A stretch of 64,000 nucleotides of DNA from Candidatus Parcubacteria bacterium (GCA_039798745.1 JBDKFK010000004.1:21178-85177); one strand, 5' to 3'; counted from the stretch's first letter, positions 56,461-63,374 are shown. The notes: generated by a model not told the origin, from the sequence alone. Numbers and translations: made by a program.

Positions 56461-57456
56461 CTACGCGGCACGGTTTGCATAGCGCTGAGCTCTTTGGACA
56501 GGTTCTGTCTGAACATTGGTGTCAGGGGTTTGCAGCTGGCGGAACGTTGCAAGCTGTTTTACTAGATGGTCAAGCTCTAACAGGGTTATGTGTTGTTGAG
56601 TATCGGTTTTGGAAGTTCCTACCTCAATAAGAATACCATCATAGAGAAATGTGCCGTCACCAGTTTTCATCCGCATGGCTGCTACCGTAGCAGCAACAAT
56701 TTCATCACGCAGTTTGGGCCCGTAAATATGACTGGGATCAAAGTATAGCTTTGCTCCGGTTGCGAGCTTGGTTCGAAGGGCTATTGTATGTACGGGATAA
56801 TTGCGGAAACTGCCTTTTCCATGGACATCAACCCCACGATGAATAAGCACTACATCTCCATCGGTATTTCCTATGTACGTTTTTAAACCGGCCCATGTTT
56901 TTTCCATGGTCGTTTGGCCGGCATACGCATCGGAGTCAGCACGTGACAGCTCATCGCCAACCCACTTGCCGTTTTTTATACCTACGTGCCATCCGTTACG
57001 TTTGGCGAATAGAGCCATTTCGTGTATCTGCCAACCCAGTTGGTTCACAGCGGGATTCCATGGCATAAGTTTGCCCCGGGGAACACGTTTTTCATAGCTA
57101 GGAAGTTGCAGGGAGGGCATCATTACTTCGGTCGCGACTATCATGCCTGTTTTTTTTACCACCTCTTCGGCAATAGTTACGCTTGGCGCGATCTGAAAAT
57201 CACGGTTACTTCCTCCTTGTGCAAGGATCTCCATGTTCGCCGCCAGGGTGAGGCTATCGAGTCCCATGTTTGAAGGATCTGCCATTAACTCGGTCCGTGA
57301 CTTGAGGCCTACTATACGTGTGCCGGCTATAGCCTGTTGATGGCGTCCGTGCATGTTGGTAACTTCGATCTGGGACAACGCCATAACTTCGTTGATGTTG
57401 TGTTCATCAATGGAGCATGGCCCGGCGATGATTGTACACGTTTGTGCTGTATTCAT
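56461..57456 (-). CDS. 3-deoxy-7-phosphoheptulonate (DAHP) synthase, type I-beta-like
   Basis: MNTAQTCTIIAGPCSIDE resembles the IIAGPCSVES start of class I-beta DAHPS/KDO8PS-fold enzymes, with a GLKSRT (KPRT-like) motif. It is first in the operon with pheA and tyrA. The ATG at 57456 is chosen because the 37-codon extension to 57567 runs through the leader hairpins. Confidence 0.65.
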   Translation of the reverse strand: MNTAQTCTIIAGPCSIDEHNINEVMALSQIEVTNMHGRHQQAIAGTRIVGLKSRTELMADPSNMGLDSLTLAANMEILAQGGSNRDFQIAPSVTIAEEVVKKTGMIVATEVMMPSLQLPSYEKRVPRGKLMPWNPAVNQLGWQIHEMALFAKRNGWHVGIKNGKWVGDELSRADSDAYAGQTTMEKTWAGLKTYIGNTDGDVVLIHRGVDVHGKGSFRNYPVHTIALRTKLATGAKLYFDPSHIYGPKLRDEIVAATVAAMRMKTGDGTFLYDGILIEVGTSKTDTQQHITLLELDHLVKQLATFRQLQTPDTNVQTEPVQRAQRYANRAA

Positions 57457-57523
57457 AGGTATTGTGAAATTTATAATAAGCGCCGCTACCGGACTTCGCC
57501 TTTTGATAGATGGCTTCGCCCGG

Positions 57524-57569
57524 TTATGGCCTGTAATCCGCTGAACACTCGGCGGATTACAGGCCATAA
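57524..57569 (-). promoter_or_regulatory. 18-bp near-perfect hairpin between the attenuator terminator and the DAHP synthase start
   Basis: ATGGCCTGTAATCCGC (57526-57541) pairs perfectly with GCGGATTACAGGCCAT (57552-57567), with a 10-nt loop. Two more A-T pairs extend the stem outward. Confidence 0.5.
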
Positions 57570-57592
57570 AAAAACCCGCCTTGTGAGCGGGG
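57568..57592 (-). terminator. Attenuator terminator (segments 3:4 + U7)
   Basis: Minus strand reads CCCCGC-UCACAAG-GCGGG-UUUUUUU (plus-strand A7 at 57568-57574). It lies inside a 5' leader, not after a gene. Confidence 0.6.
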
Positions 57593-57614
57593 TTGGGATT
57601 GTGCTTTTTAGTAC

Positions 57615-57701
57615 TTAGAGTTTAGTCATAGTACCTCCCTCCCCGCTAAGCGGGTAGAAAAACCAAAAATAAAAGCTGGAGGCAGCTGATACTAATCTCA
57701 T
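57615..57701 (-). CDS. Aromatic-amino-acid leader peptide (28 aa): MRLVSAASSFYFWFFYPLSGEGGTMTKL
   Basis: ATG at 57701-57699 and TAA at 57617-57615. There are seven consecutive aromatic codons at 57674-57654. An in-frame ATG at 57707 would add MY. It lies upstream of the alternative hairpins and of the aroG-pheA-tyrA operon. Confidence 0.6.
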   Translation of the reverse strand: MRLVSAASSFYFWFFYPLSGEGGTMTKL

Positions 57702-57709
57702 GTACATAC

Positions 57710-57738
57710 ATGATATACCGATATTATGTGATAGTCAA
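57710..57738 (-). promoter_or_regulatory. Sigma70-like promoter for the leader and aromatic operon
   Basis: Minus strand has TTGACT (57738-57733), a 17-nt spacer and TATCAT (57715-57710). The predicted TSS is within a few nt of the leader ATG, so the mRNA may be leaderless. Confidence 0.45.
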
Positions 57739-57797
57739 ATCAACATGCCTTAAGCATATGTAAAAGACAAAGCACGTTTATTGTAGACGATATGCAA

Positions 57798-57826
57798 TTG
57801 AGGACAGTCAAAAGGCGGTGTGTAAT
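57798..57826 (+). promoter_or_regulatory. Possible promoter for the TasA-like operon
   Basis: TTGAGG (57798-57803), a 17-nt spacer and TGTAAT (57821-57826), followed by the SD AAAGGAGGTG before the ATG at 57856. Confidence 0.3.
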
Positions 57827-57855
57827 GAGACATATATGAAAGGAGGTGAAACATA

Positions 57856-58410
57856 ATGAAGCGCAAAATTATGAGTATGATCGCGGCAGTCGCGATACTG
57901 GCAGGTTCCACTGGCGCTGTTTATGCGTACTTTAGCACGACACTTACCAGTGTTAACAACGTTTTTGCTTCGGGCAAGATGGAAATGCAGCTGTCTAAAG
58001 ATAATACTACGTTTACCGAAACGGTATCTGCCGCATTTGGAGGAACGGGCCTGATGCCGGGAACGTGTCTACAGCCCGGGACCTTGTATATTAAAAATAC
58101 AGGAACGGTGAACGGTAATCATATCGATCTAACGGCCAACAATACCAATGTGTCGCTAGCATCGTACCTTAAGCTGGATACGATTACGTACGATGGCATA
58201 GGGGTTACGGTGACTGACGCAAATAGTAATGGATTTGTTGACCTTGATGACCTCAAAACATCGGGCGCTCACAATCTGGCACTGACAGATAAAAATATAG
58301 CTCATCCGCTCGTGATGAAGCTCTGCCTCGATAGTTCCGCGACCAATGCACAGCAGGAACAGACCAATACTATGGAGCTCAGTGTAGTGTTGGATCAGGG
58401 ACCTCATTAA
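57856..58410 (+). CDS. TasA/camelysin-like secreted protein with a SipW-class signal peptide
   Basis: MKRKIMSMIAAVAILAGSTGAVYAYFSTTLTSVNNVFASGKMEM matches the G(T)xAYFSD...N.F.(S/T)G pattern of the TasA/CalY family. LMPGTC...YIKNTGTVN matches the family's PGD...N.G strand. Confidence 0.6.
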   Translation: MKRKIMSMIAAVAILAGSTGAVYAYFSTTLTSVNNVFASGKMEMQLSKDNTTFTETVSAAFGGTGLMPGTCLQPGTLYIKNTGTVNGNHIDLTANNTNVSLASYLKLDTITYDGIGVTVTDANSNGFVDLDDLKTSGAHNLALTDKNIAHPLVMKLCLDSSATNAQQEQTNTMELSVVLDQGPH

Positions 58411-58469
58411 CTCAGAGATATACCGGTAACTGGAAAGCCAACCTCCGGTTGCCGGTATTTCCTTGAGAT

Positions 58470-59156
58470 ATGAACTCTATAGCAGTTATATTCATCGGAT
58501 ATATAGTGTTGTTAATGGCGATACCGTATGCTCACGCATTTTTTCAACATACGAGTAAGGTAGTCGACAACTCGTTTGTAAGCGGAACATTTGTCTCACC
58601 TTCTGTATCTCCTACCGTTTCTGTGTACGCTCCACATGCGGGTGATATTGTAATAAACGAGATAAACTGGGGAGGCAGTCGTTTATCGACAAGCGATGAG
58701 TGGCTCGAGCTGCGTAATATGCGCGATATAGAGATTGATATCGGCGGATGGACACTAGAGAATCTGGGAGGATCTGCATCAGCGAGCGCAACGATAACTG
58801 TTCCTCAGGGTAAAGTAATACCGGCTAAAGGATACTTTCTTATCGCGAACGCAGCAACGATATCTTCAAAAATAAATGTAACTCCTGATGTTATTACGAC
58901 TGCCATAAGTTTACTCGACACCGGAGAGGAGATACGGTTGCGGTCAATAAGCGGAGTTGTAATAGATATAGCTAATAGAACCGGCGCGTGGTTTAGGGGA
59001 AGCAAAACACCGGTATATAAATCTATGGAGCGGAAAGATCCTCCAGCTAACGGTGCGGATGTAGTAAACTGGCAGGACGCATCCACTCACACGGGCATGG
59101 ATGCAAGCGGCAGCATAGACGAGTACGGTACACCGAGTAATCCAAACGGCATATGA
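58470..59156 (+). CDS. Secreted lamin-tail-domain (LTD) protein with a TasA-type N-terminus
   Basis: The N-terminus AHAFFQHTSKVVDNSFVSGTF is the same signal class. GDIVINEINWGGS...SDEWLELRNMRDIEIDIGGWTLEN is the LTD signature. Confidence 0.6.
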   Translation: MNSIAVIFIGYIVLLMAIPYAHAFFQHTSKVVDNSFVSGTFVSPSVSPTVSVYAPHAGDIVINEINWGGSRLSTSDEWLELRNMRDIEIDIGGWTLENLGGSASASATITVPQGKVIPAKGYFLIANAATISSKINVTPDVITTAISLLDTGEEIRLRSISGVVIDIANRTGAWFRGSKTPVYKSMERKDPPANGADVVNWQDASTHTGMDASGSIDEYGTPSNPNGI

Positions 59157-59638
59157 AAACGATCATAGGTATGATACTTATTGTTTCGATGCTAATCTAT
59201 CCTACCGCTCTGTCAGCTCATTCGCGGCATGACTATGAAACAGATAAGGTCGCTCCACTTTTTACCCTCTCAAACATGCTCCCTGGGGCTCATGTGCAGA
59301 AAAGTATGAAGGTGGTTAACAAACTATCTAATCCGCAGAAGATTAGCGTATACGCGACTCTAAAAAATTCTAAAGGCAGATTGAAGAATGTCCTCCATTT
59401 AGCAATCTTCATGGATAAAAACAATATAAAATCAATCTCTTTTATCGAATTATTAGCCAAACCTATAGATATTGGATCACTCAAACCTGGTGAGGCCAGA
59501 ACAGTAGTTTTTGATGTGGAGATGCCTGCTTCTGCAGGAAATAAGTACCAGCAGAGTAGCGTGGTATTTGATCTTCATGTTGGTATGAGTGGCCCTTCCA
59601 AACACCGACATCATTTTTGGCAACGCTGGAGATGGTAA
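59153..59638 (+). CDS. Secreted TasA-like accessory protein
   Basis: A signal peptide, then LFTLSNMLPGAHVQKSMKVVN, resembling the NxxPGD...V.N strand of the camelysin/TasA fold. It overlaps the upstream gene by 4 nt. Confidence 0.4.
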   Translation: MKTIIGMILIVSMLIYPTALSAHSRHDYETDKVAPLFTLSNMLPGAHVQKSMKVVNKLSNPQKISVYATLKNSKGRLKNVLHLAIFMDKNNIKSISFIELLAKPIDIGSLKPGEARTVVFDVEMPASAGNKYQQSSVVFDLHVGMSGPSKHRHHFWQRWRW

Positions 59639-59650
59639 CAGTCGTATAAT

Positions 59651-60847
59651 ATGCATATCATGAAACCACTCAATAAGAACGTGCTTAATACTCAACTTTC
59701 AGCTATTAAAGAAATCCTTATGCTGGCGGCAAAGACCGAGGGAATAGTTTCGCTTGCATGGGGATTGCCCCTGTATGAATTGGATGAAACTGTTAAAGCA
59801 GATATGATAAAGGCAGTTTCTTCAGTCGCGGGTATTAATAAGTATGCGCCTTTCCCTGGTCTACCGGCGTTAAGAACTACATTAGTAGAAAATCTTAACC
59901 GTGAGTATAAACACAATCTGTCTGTTGATAATGTACTCATTACAAACGGAGCGATAGAGGCTTTATTTATTATTTGTATGACACTCCTGAATGCCGGTGA
60001 CGAGGTTATTATTCCATCGCCCTTTTTTTCAGGACAGATGGAACAGGTATCGCTTATGGGCGCGAGGGTAGTGAATGTTCCGCTGCACGAAGATACCGGT
60101 TGGTCGCTTGATATTGAGGAGCTACGAAATGCAATAACCGATAAAACAAAAGCAATCCTTATAACAAGTCCGAATAACCCCACAGGGTCTGTATATGATA
60201 AAAAAGTATTCGACGAGCTTGTCGCGATTGCCCATGAGCACGACATATTTATTATCTCAGATGAAACGTATAACTTTTTGTCCTATGGAGAGAGAGCATA
60301 TTCATTACTGGAATACAGGATAGAGCCGCATTTTATTACCGTACGATCTTTCTCAAAACAATACGCAATGACGGGTATGAGAGTAGGCTATGTATTAGCA
60401 GATATTTCGCTTATGCATAATATTATGAAAGCGCATGACGCATCGGTAGCTGCTGTCACTACTATTTCACAGTACGCGGCGCTTGCAGCAGCCGATCATT
60501 TTCCGCAGGCGACAGCAGAAACGTATCTGAAAGAGTTTAGAGAAAAACGTCAGCTTGTGATGGATGAACTAACAAAATATTCTGATGTGTTGAGTTTTAC
60601 CGAACCGGCAGGCGCATTTTATATCATGCCTAAATATCATCTTGATATGAAAAGTATGGACCTTGCAAGAGAATTAGTAGATAATGCGAAAGTAGCGGTA
60701 GTTCCGGGAAGCGGATTTGGCGAAGCCGGGGAATATCATCTGCGTTTATCATTTGCAGGAAAAAATGAGGACATTGTTGAGGGAGTAAAAAGAATTGGTG
60801 AGTATTTGAGAAAAGTTGGTAAGGATGCCGAAACAAGTTCGGTATGA
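59651..60847 (+). CDS. Class I/II pyridoxal-phosphate aminotransferase (aspartate/aromatic type)
   Basis: ITNGAIEAL, SPNNPTGSVY, and SFSKQYAMTGMRVGY (PLP-Lys in SxSK). Confidence 0.9.
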   Translation: MHIMKPLNKNVLNTQLSAIKEILMLAAKTEGIVSLAWGLPLYELDETVKADMIKAVSSVAGINKYAPFPGLPALRTTLVENLNREYKHNLSVDNVLITNGAIEALFIICMTLLNAGDEVIIPSPFFSGQMEQVSLMGARVVNVPLHEDTGWSLDIEELRNAITDKTKAILITSPNNPTGSVYDKKVFDELVAIAHEHDIFIISDETYNFLSYGERAYSLLEYRIEPHFITVRSFSKQYAMTGMRVGYVLADISLMHNIMKAHDASVAAVTTISQYAALAAADHFPQATAETYLKEFREKRQLVMDELTKYSDVLSFTEPAGAFYIMPKYHLDMKSMDLARELVDNAKVAVVPGSGFGEAGEYHLRLSFAGKNEDIVEGVKRIGEYLRKVGKDAETSSV

Positions 60848-60882
60848 CAATTAACTTGTCATTCCGAATTTATTTCGGAATC
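60845..60882. repeat. Two-hairpin module, left copy (H1 TGACAA/TTGTCA; H2 ATTCCGAA/TTCGGAAT)
   Basis: H1 is at 60845-60861 and H2 at 60861-60881. An inverted, structurally conserved copy is at 63321-63359. Confidence 0.7.
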
Positions 60883-60892
60883 TAGTAAATAT

Positions 60893-60910
60893 GAAACCGG
60901 AAGAATGAAC
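60893..60910. repeat. Left copy of the 16-18 bp inverted repeat GAAACCGGAAGAATGAAC
   Basis: AACCGGAAGAATGAAC (60895-60910) has its exact reverse complement at 63375-63390. Confidence 0.75.
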
Positions 60911-60942
60911 CGACAAGGGGTACCGGCTGGTACCCCTCGTCG
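60911..60942 (-). terminator. 14-bp hairpin after the last gene of the GC-rich operon
   Basis: Plus strand reads CGACAAGGGGTACC, loop GGCT, GGTACCCCTCGTCG. On the minus-strand RNA the single mismatch becomes a G.U pair. Confidence 0.55.
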
Positions 60943-60961
60943 TAAAAACGGCGAATTACGA

Positions 60962-61547
60962 TTAGAACTCGACTGCGGTTCTCAACCTGTCGTTGAGCGC
61001 CTTCGAGGCCTCGTCGTCGAATTGCCCACTGTGGCCGATGATCTTCGCCAATGGGTAGTTAGGATCATCATCGAATCGGCCAAAGATAATGCGTTTCCAG
61101 GTATGGACTTCGTTGTGCTGGAAGTGCTGCACACGGCACCATGCCATGGTAACACTGATGGTAAACCGCACATCAACGTCATGGCTGTCTTCAGCATGTT
61201 CGCGCAGGAAGCACTGCAGCTCCCACAGGAGATCATACATCTCCTCGTCGTTGAATCGTCGCTCGCTGAGGAGCTTACGGCGTACCGACTGATTCAGAGC
61301 TTCAGTCTGGGTTTGATCCACCGCGAAGTCGGCCACATGAACCACAAGCTGCGGTGTTGCCGAGCAGATTGGCGCGCTCGAACGTGTGGTTGTATGATCG
61401 TCCTTCGACGAGCGCTTGCACAAACTGTTTGCTTTCTGCATCCACCTTTTGCGACGGAATCATATTGCGAATCAGATATTCGAGAAGCGACCAGTACACC
61501 GACTCGGCTCGCTTGAGCTCCATGCCACCGAGTGAGTTGGTAGACAT
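60962..61547 (-). pseudogene. Frameshifted paralog of the 61609-62199 gene (unknown function)
   Basis: An SD (AAAGGAG) precedes the ATG at 61547 and opens an 81-codon frame (MSTNSLGGMELKRAESVYW...ERANLLGNT). The protein-like sequence continues in the +1 frame (PQLVVHVADFAVDQ...ALNDRLRTAVEF, stop at 60962). The two frames overlap at 61302-61441. The joined length, about 196 aa, equals that of the neighbour. Confidence 0.5.
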
Positions 61548-61566
61548 TGCGGTCTCCTTTCATATA

Positions 61567-61597
61567 GCAAGAGGTCCCGCGACGCGGGACCTCTTGC
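61567..61597 (-). terminator. Perfect 14-bp intergenic hairpin
   Basis: GCAAGAGGTCCCGC / GCGGGACCTCTTGC with a 3-nt loop. It lies between the stop at 61609 and the next SD. No T-tract. Confidence 0.45.
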
Positions 61598-61608
61598 AGT
61601 TTGATTGA

Positions 61609-62199
61609 CTAGAACTCGACGACCTTACGGAACCGATCGTTAAGCTCCTGAGTCAACGCGGTGATCGTAGCTCCCGTGATCTGGTTGACCGCCGTGCAAA
61701 TATTGCCGGCGGCATCGATCTGGTGAAACTTGAGCGTTACCTGGCGCCGGTACATAGTATGCTCGTGGTTGGCAGAGCCAAACAGCGTGCACGCCAGTGC
61801 GATGCCAAAGTTACGGCCAAGCTCATTCGGTCGAGCTTCTTTCTCTGCGATAAGGAAGCTTTCGATCTCGTCAGCCAGAAGCATGATCTCGATGTCCTCG
61901 AAGCGCAGCGATTGCAAGCCCGCACGCACACCAACATCTAGCATGTGCGTGAGGCTGGTTATCACTCCGCCCGAAGTCGCGAACGCGCGGGCTGTAGGCT
62001 GGTAGGGTTTGAAGAACTCTACCTGCACCCGGTGGAGGCTCCACTGGTTGATGGAACGCACCGGAAGCGAAACTGTTGTTTCGTTCTGCAAAGCTGCGCG
62101 CAGCGCCTCCCACTCGAGCTGAGTGGGGTACACAAGGTTGTTGCTGATAAAGAAGGCCTTGAGAGCCCTCTCTACCAGCGCCGTCCGTCGGGTGTTCAT
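61609..62199 (-). CDS. Hypothetical protein, 196 aa (GC-rich operon gene 3)
   Basis: An AAGGAGG SD lies 7 nt before the ATG. It ends ...ELNDRFRKVVEF, like the downstream frameshifted gene. No family recognised. Confidence 0.6.
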   Translation of the reverse strand: MNTRRTALVERALKAFFISNNLVYPTQLEWEALRAALQNETTVSLPVRSINQWSLHRVQVEFFKPYQPTARAFATSGGVITSLTHMLDVGVRAGLQSLRFEDIEIMLLADEIESFLIAEKEARPNELGRNFGIALACTLFGSANHEHTMYRRQVTLKFHQIDAAGNICTAVNQITGATITALTQELNDRFRKVVEF

Positions 62200-62223
62200 A
62201 GACGAGAACCTCCTTAGCGGAGA

Positions 62224-62243
62224 GGGAGGCTGGTTAGCCTCCC
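62224..62243 (-). terminator. Intergenic hairpin GGGAGGCT/AGCCTCCC
   Basis: An 8-bp perfect stem with a 4-nt loop, between the stop at 62257 and the SD of the next gene. Confidence 0.4.
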
Positions 62244-62256
62244 TTCCATAATGCGC

Positions 62257-62712
62257 TTACAGCGCGTGGACGTTGAAGTACTTCTCGTGTTCGTAGTAGA
62301 CAACATGGTCGGCCGACAAAACAGGCGCGTGCGGTGTATTCCGCATCCACGCCAGCTGTGTCGAATTCCACACCTCTACCTCACCGTTCCCGATGAGCCT
62401 TGCTGTGACGAAATGCCACTTGAAGCGCGGCTTGTGTGCGCCGGCCTCGTGGATCTCGAACCCAACAAGCTCAATTCTGAGTACGGTGCTGCGAGCAGCG
62501 TTTTCCAGCATGACCAGCCGCTCCAACCGACGGTAGTTGAAATTCCCGTCGGTATGCCAAGGCCCATCCTCCGTCCCCTCCGCTTTCATGGAGTCGAATG
62601 AGGGGATGCGATCGGTGTCTTGGCAGATTCGTGCCCAGACCTGCAGCGCGAAGCTGAGGTCGGGGTAGATTCTCGAGCTAAAGCGTGGCTGCTCACTGCG
62701 ATGCTTGGTCAT
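62257..62712 (-). CDS. Hypothetical protein, 151 aa (GC-rich operon gene 2)
   Basis: An AAGGAGG SD precedes the ATG at 62712. The protein is Trp/His-rich and no family is recognised. Confidence 0.55.
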   Translation of the reverse strand: MTKHRSEQPRFSSRIYPDLSFALQVWARICQDTDRIPSFDSMKAEGTEDGPWHTDGNFNYRRLERLVMLENAARSTVLRIELVGFEIHEAGAHKPRFKWHFVTARLIGNGEVEVWNSTQLAWMRNTPHAPVLSADHVVYYEHEKYFNVHAL

Positions 62713-62728
62713 GAAGTCACCTCCTTTT

Positions 62729-63097
62729 TCAGTTCCACCGGCTGTTGAAGACCGGTAGAATCCACACTAAACCATCCATCGTCTGACCGGCGCCGACAAC
62801 TGTCCACTCCTCACCTTCGTGAGGCTGACATTTCCCCCACGTGGGGTGGGGGAGGCATACCATTGGTGTGCCTGCGTCGTCGTCGTTGTACATGTCCAGC
62901 GAGATAGCCACAAGGCGGCCACCCTGGCGCACAAAATGCACCGTGGTGTCGGCTTGGCCGGCAGCCTGTTTGCGGCGGGCACCCTTCAGTGCCCACTCGC
63001 ACATCTGCAAGCGCTGGGTTTCGGCCAAGGCCTCAAGCTGCGCAGCGGCAGCGGCGTGCTCCTCGAGGAGTCGCAGATCGATAGGTAGTGATTGCAT
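62729..63097 (-). CDS. Hypothetical protein, 122 aa (GC-rich operon gene 1)
   Basis: An AAAGGAG SD precedes the ATG at 63097. An Ala-rich N-terminal helix is followed by a beta-rich C-terminus. No family recognised. Confidence 0.55.
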   Translation of the reverse strand: MQSLPIDLRLLEEHAAAAAQLEALAETQRLQMCEWALKGARRKQAAGQADTTVHFVRQGGRLVAISLDMYNDDDAGTPMVCLPHPTWGKCQPHEGEEWTVVGAGQTMDGLVWILPVFNSRWN

Positions 63098-63146
63098 TAC
63101 AGTCTCCTTTCCGGTCCGCCCGTTGGGCGAGACCTATCACGAGTAG

Positions 63147-63168
63147 CCAGGTGCCAGGCGGCACCTGG
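63147..63168 (-). promoter_or_regulatory. Perfect 9-bp hairpin in the 5' leader of the GC-rich operon
   Basis: CCAGGTGCC, loop AGGC, GGCACCTGG. Confidence 0.4.
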
Positions 63169-63320
63169 TGCGGCAGCTGTAGGTTCCCGGAGATGGGTTC
63201 CAACCGCTTTGGAGCGTTCAGCATGCCTACGGATTGGATACCGCGACAGATGGTGTCTCTTTTCCGATCCTCTGCCGGGATCGGAACGTAACCCACAAAA
63301 GTGAGGCAAAGAGCCATCTG

Positions 63321-63359
63321 GATCCCGAACTAAATTCGGGATGACAATAACCCTTTGTC
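63321..63359. repeat. Two-hairpin module, right (inverted) copy (H2' ATCCCGAA/TTCGGGAT; H1' GACAA/TTGTC)
   Basis: The hairpin order is reversed relative to 60845-60882. H2 carries a compensatory T-A to C-G change, and the loops differ. Confidence 0.7.
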
Positions 63360-63374
63360 TCACCTTGTGAGTGT

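Noticed and set aside
56461-57567. The long form of the DAHP synthase ORF, starting at 57567 (MACNPPSVQRITGHNRAK...)
   Set aside because: The extra 37 codons are read straight through the 18-bp hairpin and begin at the end of the attenuator U-tract. They are basic and unlike the family N-terminus. The ATG at 57456 gives MNTAQTCTIIAGPCS, which fits the family.
57600-57700. Possible T-box riboswitch upstream of the aromatic operon. On the minus strand AGGGAGGTAC weakly resembles the T-box core AGGGTGGTACC.
   Set aside because: The segment lacks the UGGN needed to pair with the tRNA acceptor end, and I found no specifier-loop or stem I features. The same nucleotides are fully explained as codons 20-24 of the leader peptide and as segment 2 of the attenuator.
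59692-60246. 184-aa antisense ORF inside the aminotransferase gene, and a 162-aa antisense ORF at 21129-21617
   Set aside because: The opposite strand carries clearly recognisable enzymes (PLP aminotransferase, MazG). The antisense translations are Ser/Cys-rich with no motifs.
60905-63317. Plus-strand and off-frame ORFs in the GC-rich block, for example 60905-61516 (+), 61945-62217 (+), 62251-62601 (+), 62841-63146 (+) and 63033-63363 (-)
   Set aside because: High GC keeps many frames open by chance. These ORFs lack SD sequences and translate to Arg/Pro/Gly/Ala-rich sequence. The four minus-strand genes I accept each have an AAGGAGG-type SD and tile the block without overlap.
57579-63371. 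The shared 9-mer CCTTGTGAG in the attenuator loop (57579-57587) and next to the right inverted repeat (63363-63371)
   Set aside because: A single 9-mer coincidence is expected by chance in 64 kb on two strands. There is no flanking similarity.
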